From NCBI GenBank assembly GCA_018238545.1, contig JABCTC010000039.1:1-31310 (forward strand): a DNA stretch of 31,310 nt, written 5' to 3'. The notes under the pieces are model-generated. The model had not been told where the DNA came from. It did not search any database and saw only the letters and a program-made list of their open reading frames with translations. Positions 8,610 through 17,475 of this stretch are shown here, one piece after another. Made by a program: the position numbers and the translations under genes. This stretch comes from Candidatus Heimdallarchaeota archaeon. Lineage in GTDB: Archaea > Asgardarchaeota > Heimdallarchaeia > Heimdallarchaeales > Heimdallarchaeaceae. Each line of letters begins with the position of its first letter. The first letter of the stretch is position 1.

Positions 8610-9248
8610 ATGCGATCAAATATTGTCAAAGTAAATCCTAATTCTATTAATGATAAAATAATAGAAAATGCTGTATCTTTTCTAAGCAGAGGAGAGATCA
8701 TAGCCTTTCCAACTGACACAGTATATGGAGTTGGGGGCGATATTTTTAGTGAAGCAGCAATTAACAGGATTTACAGATTAAAGAATCGACCTACAAACAA
8801 GCCTATCAATGCGCTTATTTCATCTGAGGATCAGCTGAAGATGATTGTAGAATCTATACCAGCTTATGCAAGATCAATAATTAAGAAATTCTGGCCTGGA
8901 CCTTTGACAATAATTCTTAAGAAAAAAACAGAAGTTAGTGATAAAGTTACTTGTAGTTTAGATACAATTGGAGTTCGTATGCCAAATAATAGAGTAGCTT
9001 TAGAAATCATAAAGAAGTTTGAAAAACCTCTTGCTACTACAAGTGCAAACATATCAGGTCAACCAAGTCCATTAACAGCTGATGATGTGTATAATAATTT
9101 TCAAGAGAGTCTTCCTATTATTATTGATAGTCAAGAAAAAGCTCTGGGGATTGAGTCAACTATTGTCACATTTGCATCTTCCAAACCTCAAATTCTACGA
9201 ATTGGAGCTATCACTAAAGAAGAACTATCTCTTTTCATAGATTTTTAA
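8610..9248 (+). CDS. tsaC: Threonylcarbamoyl-AMP synthase (YrdC/TsaC domain only)
   Basis: FPTDTVYG, KNRPTNKP, FWPGPLT, TSANISG, ESTIV, ILRIGAI. No C-terminal SUA5 domain. ATG at 8610 preferred. Confidence 0.92.
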   Translation: MRSNIVKVNPNSINDKIIENAVSFLSRGEIIAFPTDTVYGVGGDIFSEAAINRIYRLKNRPTNKPINALISSEDQLKMIVESIPAYARSIIKKFWPGPLTIILKKKTEVSDKVTCSLDTIGVRMPNNRVALEIIKKFEKPLATTSANISGQPSPLTADDVYNNFQESLPIIIDSQEKALGIESTIVTFASSKPQILRIGAITKEELSLFIDF

Positions 9249-9312
9249 GAATTGAAGTCTGTTTTATTGAAACATTTCCAGCTCACTATTTGAGATGCTC
9301 TTCTTAAACAAT

Positions 9313-9648
9313 CTAGAATATAAGTTGATACCACCCTTCTTTTAACATCTCTGTAACGAAAGCACCAGTATATCTTACATCAATACCAATTTCTTCTAAT
9401 TTTTCGCTAGTTCCAAAGTTATCACTGCAAGATTTGCAAGCATAAACTTCTACTCCAGAATTTATTAGCAGTTTAACTTGTTCAATGAAATCCTTGTCTT
9501 CAGCAGCAATCTTTTCTGTTGGACCCCAAAGAATGACTCTTACTTGATTCATCCATCCTTGTTTCTTAGCGTTATAAGCGTATTTGAAACTTAACTCATC
9601 ATGAATGACAGTATCTGCAGAACTCAAAATCATAAATACTCGATGCAT
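9313..9648 (-). CDS. DsrE/DsrF-like family protein
   Basis: W..VRVILWGP, GVEVYACKSC; 111 aa. Confidence 0.85.
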   Translation of the reverse strand: MHRVFMILSSADTVIHDELSFKYAYNAKKQGWMNQVRVILWGPTEKIAAEDKDFIEQVKLLINSGVEVYACKSCSDNFGTSEKLEEIGIDVRYTGAFVTEMLKEGWYQLIF

Positions 9649-9791
9649 AAGTCAAGCTATCTGCGTTTCATTTAATTCTTATTATTATACAAAAATAGAA
9701 GAAATTTTGTTAAGTAATAACAAAGAAAAATGATTAAAATAATGAAGTTCGTTTATCTCAAATCAGGAAAATATCTAAAATAGCATAAAGA

Positions 9792-9968
9792 TTATTCATT
9801 TCTTTTCTTAATCTTAAATGTATAGTCACTATTTTTGACATACGGGCAATAGAGACATTTTGAACATTGGGAACTGCAGTTTTCATCTGAGCCAAAATAC
9901 TTACCAAAAAATCTCCTTACTCTGTTTTTCATTGAGAGTTTTTCTGGTTCATTGTTCCTTATTTCCAT
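9792..9968 (-). CDS. Unannotated 58-aa Cys-rich protein directly downstream of feoB (FeoC-analogous candidate)
   Basis: MEIRNNEPEKLSMKNRVRRFFGKYFGSDENCSSQCSKCLYCPYVKNSDYTFKIKKRNE*. Starts 8 nt after the feoB stop, with a GGTGA SD overlapping that stop. Confidence 0.75.
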   Translation of the reverse strand: MEIRNNEPEKLSMKNRVRRFFGKYFGSDENCSSQCSKCLYCPYVKNSDYTFKIKKRNE

Positions 9969-9976
9969 ATTTTCAC

Positions 9977-12124
9977 CTAAAAGAATGGTAATAGACTATA
10001 ATAAACTGCAACAGTTATAAGAGACGTTACTATCAGAGGATAAAAGAAACCGACAGCAGTCATTTTCCAACTCTTAGTCTCGGATCTTATAGTAGCTAAA
10101 GTTGCAAAACATGGCGAATATGTTAGTTGAAACACGAGAAATGAAATAGCTTGAGGTATTGTCCAAGCTGCTAGTAATGATTCAACTAAGCTTACACCTG
10201 GATAAAGAATGCCTAAAGCAGAAATTACCACTTCTTTTGCTGGAATTCCAAACAGTAATGTTACAACCATTCTCCAATCAAATCCAAACAAAGGTTCAGT
10301 AATATATGCCAATCCTCTGCCCATATAACCTGCTATAGTATATTCTGGGGTTACTCCATAGGGAATATTGCCCATAAACCAAATAACTATCGATGCAATG
10401 AAGATGAAAGTTCCAGCTTTTTTAACAAATATCCCCGCTCTTTCCCAAGTTAAATAAAAAATATTTTTTAATCTAGGCAATCTATATTCGGGTATTTCTA
10501 TGATAAGAGGCATTGTCTCTGATTTTCCTAAGAAAAGTTTGAAAAACAATGCAGATAGAAAGACTAGTAGGAAACTCAGAGTATATAATGCTAACATAAG
10601 TAATGCAGCAACCCATGGCTTGAAGAAGATTCCAGTTAGAAAAGCGATCACACCTAATCTTGCAGCGCAAGGAAGGAAAGAATTTGTTAGAATCATTGAC
10701 ATCCTATCTCTTTCGCTTTTGATTGTTCTAGCTGCCATTATACCTGTTACATTACATCCCAATCCCATAATCATACTGAGAAATGCTGTTCCTTGTAATC
10801 CGAATTTTCCTAACACACTATCCATTAAATAAGCAGTTCTAGCTAGATATCCTGAATCTTCCATCACTGCAATGAGGATGTAGAAAATAACTATGATTGG
10901 TATAAAGAGTAAGACAGCACCAACACCAGCTAGTATTCCATCCACTATAAGGCTTGTAAGAAAAATAGGACTGTTAACTGCTAATAGCCAACCTCTTACA
11001 ATTTCTGAAGAAGAAGTTAGTAAGTAATCTAACCCATTTATTATGGGTCCTGATGCGTAAAAAGTTATTAGGAAGAATGCAGCATAAATTAGAATAAGAA
11101 TAGGATAACCCCAGAATTTGTGCATCACTACCTTATCAACTTTGTCACTCTTCTTTTCTTTAAAATCTTTATAGCCAATAACTGATTTCTTAACAATGTT
11201 TTCTAGAGCTTTATATTTTCTCTTTGGTATCTCATCTGCTGGATCAAGTTTTTCAGATTTTTTTAGTTTCTCTATTTTTTTGAATATATCATCAAGAACA
11301 TATTCCTCTTCTAGTTTTGAGATGACCCAATTGTCACCCTCTAGAACTTTAATAGATAACCACCGAGTTGGATAATCTCTAAGCACAGTTCTATCTGAAA
11401 TCTGTCTAGAAACGCTATTAATCATTGTTTCTAACTTCTGAGAGTAGAGTAAAAATGCTGGTTGGAAAGTATATTTTTCTGTGTGTAATGCATCGTAAAG
11501 AAATTTCTTGATTCTAATAATACAGTTATTATCAAAAGCACTAACAAGCAAAACAGGGATACCAAGCTGTTTTTCTAGTTTATGTCTGTCAATTTGAATA
11601 TTTTCTTTTTCAGCAAGATCCATCATGTTTACAATCAATGCAATATTATCAGTTAATTCGAGAGCTTGAAGAGCAATGTAAGAGGTTCTCTCTAACCTAG
11701 TTGCATCAACAATAGCACACACCAAATCAGGTCTTTCTTCTACTACATATTGCCTTGTAATTAGTTCTTCTTCAGAATGAGCAGAAAGTGAATAGGCACC
11801 TGGCAAATCTATAAGGGAAAAATATTCATCAGATAGCAGAAAATGCCCTTCTTTTTTCTCAACAGTTTTTCCTGGCCAGTTCCCGATATGTTGATGACTA
11901 CCTGTCAAAATATTGAAAATAGAAGATTTACCCACATTAGGATTTCCTAGAAAAGCTATACGATGCTCAATTGTATGGTCAGAATCTGCATCAACAAAAG
12001 GTCTACCAACACCATGAGGTTTACCACCAGGAAGCTTACCATGAGGTTTTCTCCAATGAGGTCTTCGCCCATGAGGTTTTCTCTTATATGTTTTTTTACC
12101 TTGATTAAAACGGGATCTTCTCAT
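9977..12124 (-). CDS. feoB: Ferrous iron transport protein B
   Basis: GNPNVGKS, GNWPGKTVE, DLPGAY, NMMD, EDSGYLAR, GLGCNV, FLPCAARL, YSPCFAT. Confidence 0.97.
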   Translation of the reverse strand: MRRSRFNQGKKTYKRKPHGRRPHWRKPHGKLPGGKPHGVGRPFVDADSDHTIEHRIAFLGNPNVGKSSIFNILTGSHQHIGNWPGKTVEKKEGHFLLSDEYFSLIDLPGAYSLSAHSEEELITRQYVVEERPDLVCAIVDATRLERTSYIALQALELTDNIALIVNMMDLAEKENIQIDRHKLEKQLGIPVLLVSAFDNNCIIRIKKFLYDALHTEKYTFQPAFLLYSQKLETMINSVSRQISDRTVLRDYPTRWLSIKVLEGDNWVISKLEEEYVLDDIFKKIEKLKKSEKLDPADEIPKRKYKALENIVKKSVIGYKDFKEKKSDKVDKVVMHKFWGYPILILIYAAFFLITFYASGPIINGLDYLLTSSSEIVRGWLLAVNSPIFLTSLIVDGILAGVGAVLLFIPIIVIFYILIAVMEDSGYLARTAYLMDSVLGKFGLQGTAFLSMIMGLGCNVTGIMAARTIKSERDRMSMILTNSFLPCAARLGVIAFLTGIFFKPWVAALLMLALYTLSFLLVFLSALFFKLFLGKSETMPLIIEIPEYRLPRLKNIFYLTWERAGIFVKKAGTFIFIASIVIWFMGNIPYGVTPEYTIAGYMGRGLAYITEPLFGFDWRMVVTLLFGIPAKEVVISALGILYPGVSLVESLLAAWTIPQAISFLVFQLTYSPCFATLATIRSETKSWKMTAVGFFYPLIVTSLITVAVYYSLLPFF
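12011..12082 (-). repeat. Roughly 15-bp tandem repeat encoding (R/K)-P-H-G units at the FeoB N-terminus
   Basis: ATGAGGT core occurs four times. Protein RKPHG RRPHW RKPHG KLPGG KPHG. Confidence 0.85.
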
Positions 12125-12140
12125 TCAATTCATTTCCGGG

Positions 12141-12377
12141 CTAAGCAGTTACTTCAATTTTTGTTGCTATTCCTCTACCTATAGCAACTCTTGTCGCTTT
12201 TATTTCGACCAAAATGGGACCCAAATCATTTTTTATTATTCGAAGTTTAACTCCCTCTAAAACTCCCAAATCTGCTAAGAATCTACGAGCTTTTTCTCCA
12301 GTTACAATTTTCTCTACTTTAACTATAGAATTAACTGTTGAATCTGCTAGTGAAATCTTTTTGTTCATGGTGTTCAT
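12141..12377 (-). CDS. feoA: Ferrous iron transport protein A
   Basis: RRFLADLGV..G, GPILVEI, RVAIGRGIA.KIEV. True start probably ATG 12377 or 12368, not 12449. Confidence 0.92.
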   Translation of the reverse strand: MNTMNKKISLADSTVNSIVKVEKIVTGEKARRFLADLGVLEGVKLRIIKNDLGPILVEIKATRVAIGRGIATKIEVTA

Positions 12378-12407
12378 CTGCTGTTTACTTGAACCATATA
12401 AATAATT

Positions 12408-12459
12408 TTTGGATATGTCCAAATTCTTAAAATTTGGATAGATGAGCATCTAATCCAAA
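12408..12459. promoter_or_regulatory. Palindrome array upstream of feoA, candidate metal-responsive (DtxR/IdeR-like) operator
   Basis: TTTGGA-TATG-TCCAAA (12408-12423) and TTTGGA-TAGATG-AG-CATCTA-A-TCCAAA (12433-12459), abutting the minus-strand TTTATAT box at ~12396-12402. Confidence 0.6.
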
Positions 12460-12535
12460 ATCTGTGGGGTAAAGTTATTAAAATAATCAGTTAATATACT
12501 CTCAATAAAATTAGTAGTATAAGTTATTCATTAAA

Positions 12536-13603
12536 CTATTTTGTTGTTGATTCTGGAAGAACAATTGGAATTGAAAGAGTCATTTTTGTCCCTACAATTT
12601 CTCCTGATCGACGGACATTATCTATTTTCAATTCCATTTGGTATCTATTTAATAATTTTTGAATAACAATGACATCTAGTTTTTTCCTATCAAGATTTTG
12701 GTTCAAAAGAAGTTCTTTTCGATCAACATTAGAAAGAACGGCTCCTTCAAAATGCAATTTAGCTTTGATTGTTTCAAAAACTGGTGTTCCTACGGTTATA
12801 TCTACCAATACAACATCATCTGTATATTCCATCATCCTTACAATAAGATTAACGAAAATACGATAAGTAAATTCATCACCAAGTATAAGGACATCTTGAA
12901 TTCTGTTTATTTCTAATTGCACTCTTTTAGCGAAGAAATTATTTATGTATCTTATTGTATGTTTGAGTATGTCTTCCAATTTCTGGTTAGTTAGTACTTT
13001 TTCCTCTTGAAGTAAAAGCATAATATTAGCATTTTGGATAAGATAAATTGAACGAACAGTTATATCTCGCATCTTTTCTATCATTTGGATACCTGTCTGT
13101 TTTTCAATCATCTCAGAGTCATAGAGACGCTTGAAAAAGTCAATATATCCAATTTCAGCATGTAGTTTATTCAACAAGTCATGTTGGAATAATTCAAAGA
13201 AGAACTGCCTTTGATGCTCTGAATCAACTATTTCTTGTATATCTCGGCAGATAAGAACAATGAGTTTGACATCGATTGAAGAAATGAGTGCTGAAGAAAT
13301 ATGAAATGAAACTTCAGTTTTTTCTTTTGTGATAAAAGTGAATTTTTGTAGTTCGGTTCCATGCTCCATTGTTTGTTCAAAGAACTCGCTCAGAAGTTTC
13401 TTTTCCAAAACAAAACTAGATAATTTCTTGTCTTTGAGTTCATCTAAAGTTAACCCGAAATATCTGCAAGCTTGGATATTAGCTTCGTGGATAGAGCTTT
13501 CCTCATCAACTAAGAATATCATATCTAAACTATTTTGAAATATAATGTCGAAAGTTTCTCTTAAGAGATTAGCTTCATCTGAGATATTCATTGATAAACT
13601 CAC
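12536..13603 (-). CDS. PAS-domain protein with histidine-kinase-like H-box and degenerate ATPase domain
   Basis: PAS (IFQNSLDMIFLVD, ANIQAC..FG, CRDI), H-box QHDLLNKL, partial N-box IFVNLI. No recognisable G1/G2 boxes. Confidence 0.75.
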   Translation of the reverse strand: MSLSMNISDEANLLRETFDIIFQNSLDMIFLVDEESSIHEANIQACRYFGLTLDELKDKKLSSFVLEKKLLSEFFEQTMEHGTELQKFTFITKEKTEVSFHISSALISSIDVKLIVLICRDIQEIVDSEHQRQFFFELFQHDLLNKLHAEIGYIDFFKRLYDSEMIEKQTGIQMIEKMRDITVRSIYLIQNANIMLLLQEEKVLTNQKLEDILKHTIRYINNFFAKRVQLEINRIQDVLILGDEFTYRIFVNLIVRMMEYTDDVVLVDITVGTPVFETIKAKLHFEGAVLSNVDRKELLLNQNLDRKKLDVIVIQKLLNRYQMELKIDNVRRSGEIVGTKMTLSIPIVLPESTTK

Positions 13604-13638
13604 TCTACAATATTAGGTAATATTTCTTTTAGTAGATA

Positions 13639-13660
13639 AAAGCATTTCGAAAAATGCTTT
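13639..13660 (-). terminator. Perfect 9-bp hairpin downstream of carS (terminator or operator)
   Basis: Minus strand AAAGCATTT-TTCG-AAATGCTTT, ~21 nt after the carS stop. Confidence 0.4.
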
Positions 13661-13681
13661 GTGTAATTTTGTAATTGACAA

Positions 13682-14248
13682 TTAATACCAAACATCCTTT
13701 ATACCGCCCCAATAAGCTAAGAAACCTGTAAGGAAATGTAGTAATGGTGTCAGTATTGTCAAAGTTACAAAATAGAACCAAAAATTAGGTTCACTGCAAA
13801 CAAATGGTAGTGCCAAGAGCATCCCTGTTATCATCCAAGACCCTTGATCATACAAAGGCAAAGCTCCACCAGGTTTTACACCTATTCTTCGCTTTGAGAA
13901 CGATCCAAGTAAATCTGCAAAATGGTCACCTATACTCATGAAGAAGCCAAGATACCAGGGATACACACTGAAAACATCATATTGAATAGTACACACATAC
14001 CAAACTATAACTCCTGCAATAGTGCCAAATATAATCCCAAAAATCAATCCTCTCCAAGTTTTATGATCACCTAAGATTCGTTTACCTTTCCAAGTTTTTC
14101 CAAAATCAACAGGTGTACCCAGAAAAGGTACTATTTTACTGAAGTTAGCAAAAGAATTGCACATGAAAATTGGAAAAGCAAAAGCTATGGCATAAATCAC
14201 CATGGTGAAAAAAGTCCCTGCATCCATGGGAAAAGAAAATTCAATCAT
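13682..14248 (-). CDS. carS: CDP-2,3-bis-O-geranylgeranyl-sn-glycerol (CDP-archaeol) synthase
   Basis: PVDFGK..KRILGDHKTWRG, DLLGSFSKRRIG, PLYDQ, IKDVWY. Confidence 0.92.
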   Translation of the reverse strand: MIEFSFPMDAGTFFTMVIYAIAFAFPIFMCNSFANFSKIVPFLGTPVDFGKTWKGKRILGDHKTWRGLIFGIIFGTIAGVIVWYVCTIQYDVFSVYPWYLGFFMSIGDHFADLLGSFSKRRIGVKPGGALPLYDQGSWMITGMLLALPFVCSEPNFWFYFVTLTILTPLLHFLTGFLAYWGGIKDVWY

Positions 14249-14386
14249 ACATCATGTTTTATGAACTTAAATTAAAATATTTTGGATGAGAAATGACTAA
14301 GTTCAAGTTTTTCATTATCCTTTGAGAAAGGTTAATAAGAAATAATTGAAAAACGATATTGTAATTGAAGTTACTGGGGAATCTGT

Positions 14387-15295
14387 GTGGTTCAAAAGGA
14401 AGCTAGACGTAAGATTGAATATGAGTGTAATATTTGCAAAGAAACACGAGTTTTACTCATATTGCAATCGCTTCATAGAGAAGTTGATGAAAAAGGTTAT
14501 GTAGAGTATGTAGATGTTCATCAATGTCTTGATGAAAGATTAAACGCTAATATTCTTTATGTTGATAAATCACTTGTAGTTAGATCTCAGGTTCCTGTAA
14601 GAGTAGGAGATGACATTTCTTCTAGTCAAATCAGTGCCTTACAAATTCCTGTACCAAAAAAAGTAGATCTTAAAGAAACTGAAATAATCCCTACTAAGGA
14701 GTTTAAATACAAGAATCTAAAAGGTTTGAGAATCGCAGATAAGCTCCGACAAGCACAATATGTCCTACATAAAAGTGGTAGTGGGAAGAAGATTGAGGTT
14801 GAATCTGAATTAAGTTTCATTGAATTAGAAGCTATAGTTTCAAAAGGAATTGACGAAGACATTATTGTAGATTGGTTAAAACAAATAATCTCTATCTTGG
14901 AAGCTATCGTGCTATTAGATGAGGAAATGCTTTCCTATCTGATAACTTATCTAGATCCAAAAATAACCACTCCTCCAACAGGTGAAACAATTATAGAAAT
15001 AGATATGATACTTCACGCAAAGAGCTCATTTCCTATTTCATCTCTTAAATCCTATGCTACATTCAGAAGACAATGGCCAGAATTTAGCAAAGATTATGGT
15101 AAGAAAAATTATGAAGGATACGAAAAACTTCTTACTTATTGTATTGGTAATCAACATAAAACACTGTTAGATATATATTTCAAGGCAGAAAATTCTCTGC
15201 AATTCAATGATTTTATTAATAGAATCGAAGATTTGGCAATGCTTGGTTTAATCAATATTAAGAAAACGGAATTTTTTACTGTTCAAGAGAATTGA
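14387..15295 (+). CDS. Hypothetical protein with N-terminal CxxC...HxC motif and possible C-terminal winged helix
   Basis: 302-aa ORF, GTG start after a GAAAGGTTAATA promoter-like box. Motifs CNIC, VHQC and ILYVDKSLVVRS. Confidence 0.7.
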   Translation: MVQKEARRKIEYECNICKETRVLLILQSLHREVDEKGYVEYVDVHQCLDERLNANILYVDKSLVVRSQVPVRVGDDISSSQISALQIPVPKKVDLKETEIIPTKEFKYKNLKGLRIADKLRQAQYVLHKSGSGKKIEVESELSFIELEAIVSKGIDEDIIVDWLKQIISILEAIVLLDEEMLSYLITYLDPKITTPPTGETIIEIDMILHAKSSFPISSLKSYATFRRQWPEFSKDYGKKNYEGYEKLLTYCIGNQHKTLLDIYFKAENSLQFNDFINRIEDLAMLGLINIKKTEFFTVQEN

Positions 15296-15345
15296 AAACT
15301 ACAATCATTGAAAAATCTATTAAATAGTTAATCTATTCTTCATCT

Positions 15346-16515
15346 ATGACATTGTTAGCCAAGAGATTAGATCATTTTCAAGAATCAGTTATAAGAGAGA
15401 TGACAAGAAAAGCAATTGAACATGATGCTATTAATTTATCTCAAGGGATGCCAGATTTTAACCCTCCTGAAGAACTAATAAAAGGAATTGGAAAAGCAAT
15501 AGAACTACAAGAACACCAATATTCTGTCACTTACGGTAGAGAGGATTTACGAGAAAAAATAGCTGAAAAACTCTCTTCATATAACAAAATCAGTTATGAT
15601 CCTGAACATGAAATCACAGTTACATGTGGTGCTTCTGAGGCGATTTCAAGTGCTATTTTGGCTACAATGAACCCAGGAGAGGAGATTTTAGTACTTGAAC
15701 CTTGGTATGAGAATTACGTTCCGATTGCTCATCTAGCTGGAGGAAAACCAGTTTATGTTCCCCTAGACGAGAAGGAATTTGATATAGATGAGGAAAAAGT
15801 AAAAGAAAGTTTGTCTTCAAAATCAAAGGTAATTGTGATAAATTCACCACACAATCCCACAGGCAAAGTATTTTCAAAGAAAGAATTGGAGTTCATAGCA
15901 GATATCTGTCAAGAGCATAATCTAATTGCGATTACAGATGAGATATACGAGTATATCCTCTATGATGATGTTAAACACATAAGCCTTGCAAGCATCAAAG
16001 ACATGTATGAAAGAACAATTACAATTTCAGGATTCAGCAAAACATTTTCAATAACAGGATGGAGAATTGGCTATGCAGCTGCTGAGAAGGAATTAATGTC
16101 AGGTGTTAGGAAAGTGCATGATTATCTAACGGTTTGTGCTCCATCGCCCTTACAATATTCAGTTCTTGAATCTTTTAACCTTAAAGAGAATTATTTCAAC
16201 GAATTAAAAGAGAGATACAGAATAAACAGAGATTTCCTAACCAAAGAGCTAAGTAAGTTAGGTTTTCAAACGTATATCCCCTCTGGAGCTTATTATGTGT
16301 TTGCTGATATAAGCGCTTTTGGTAAAGTTGACACAGAGTTTGCAGACTTTCTTGTTAGAAATGAAGGAGTTGCTACAGTTCCGGGTAGCAGCTTCTATGA
16401 ACAAAACAAAGCTGAAAATGTGGGTAAAAGGCATGTTAGATTTTCATTTTCGCAACAATTAGAAACGATAAAAGAAGCAATTGAAAAAATAAAAGCCAGA
16501 ATAGAAAAAATATAA
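15346..16515 (+). CDS. PLP-dependent class I/II aminotransferase
   Basis: INLSQGMPDF, NSPHNPTG, DEIYE, SKTFSITGWRIGY. Confidence 0.95.
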   Translation: MTLLAKRLDHFQESVIREMTRKAIEHDAINLSQGMPDFNPPEELIKGIGKAIELQEHQYSVTYGREDLREKIAEKLSSYNKISYDPEHEITVTCGASEAISSAILATMNPGEEILVLEPWYENYVPIAHLAGGKPVYVPLDEKEFDIDEEKVKESLSSKSKVIVINSPHNPTGKVFSKKELEFIADICQEHNLIAITDEIYEYILYDDVKHISLASIKDMYERTITISGFSKTFSITGWRIGYAAAEKELMSGVRKVHDYLTVCAPSPLQYSVLESFNLKENYFNELKERYRINRDFLTKELSKLGFQTYIPSGAYYVFADISAFGKVDTEFADFLVRNEGVATVPGSSFYEQNKAENVGKRHVRFSFSQQLETIKEAIEKIKARIEKI

Positions 16516-16545
16516 ATATCCAATCTGGAAAGCAACACGAGAACA

Positions 16546-17475
16546 ATGACACAAGAGGCAGTTCTTCAAGTAAGCAACCTAACAAAAGTTTACGGAAGAG
16601 AGATACATTTAGGTTCAAAAAAATTCGGTAAGAAGATTGTCGGAGCTCAAAATGTAAGTTTTTCAGTTTCAAAAGGCGAGATCTTCGGCTTTTTAGGATC
16701 AAACGGGGCTGGCAAAACCACAGTAATTAGATCAATATTGAATTATCTAAGAATTGAAGAGGGAGAGATTAGCGTATTTGATCTAGACCATAGAAAAGAT
16801 TCTCTAGAAATAAGAAAAAGAATAGGCTATATACCTGGTGATTTCGCAGTTTATGAAAATTTCACAGGAAATGAACTTATCAAATATTTCAACCATTTCC
16901 GACAACATGATAAAGAATTTTTAGAAGAATTGAGAACAATTTTCACAGTAAATCTAAAGCAAAAAACAAGAACGTTATCCTCAGGTAACAGACAACAAGT
17001 AGGAATCATTTTAGCTTTAGCTTCTAAACCTGAATTTCTGATTCTTGATGAACCCAGTTCAGGATTAGATCCTCTGATTACAGCCAAATTTCACAAGATA
17101 TTAAAGCGTCTTAAAAAAGAAGGTGTAACAATTTTTCTTAGTTCTCATGATCTAACAGAGGTACAAGCTATCTGCGATAGAGTTGGTATTATAAAGAATG
17201 GAGAGATGATTCTTGTTGAGGATATAGAAAACCTCAGGAAGAAATCCCTACAGCATGTAACTGTGAGATTTTCTTCTGGCAAAGTACCAAAATTAAAAGA
17301 GATAAAAGAGCTTGATTTTGTTTTAGAGGTAAAACAAAAGAATAACGGAAACTTCGAACTCAAAATTAAGGAGAATATTGATCCTCTCATTTCGTGGTTG
17401 AAAGGATATGAAATTGAGAGATTATCGATTGAAGATGCTAATTTGGAAGAGATCTTCCTTCATTATTATGATTAG
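16546..17475 (+). CDS. ABC-2 type exporter ATP-binding subunit
   Basis: GSNGAGKT, LSSGN, ILDEP, SSH, C-terminal LEEIFL. Confidence 0.93.
   Translation: MTQEAVLQVSNLTKVYGREIHLGSKKFGKKIVGAQNVSFSVSKGEIFGFLGSNGAGKTTVIRSILNYLRIEEGEISVFDLDHRKDSLEIRKRIGYIPGDFAVYENFTGNELIKYFNHFRQHDKEFLEELRTIFTVNLKQKTRTLSSGNRQQVGIILALASKPEFLILDEPSSGLDPLITAKFHKILKRLKKEGVTIFLSSHDLTEVQAICDRVGIIKNGEMILVEDIENLRKKSLQHVTVRFSSGKVPKLKEIKELDFVLEVKQKNNGNFELKIKENIDPLISWLKGYEIERLSIEDANLEEIFLHYYD

Noticed and set aside
12378-12449. N-terminal extension of FeoA in the track (likewise the SDR, TsaC and Bcp extensions)
   Set aside because: The extensions run through promoter/operator DNA, and downstream ATGs match family lengths.
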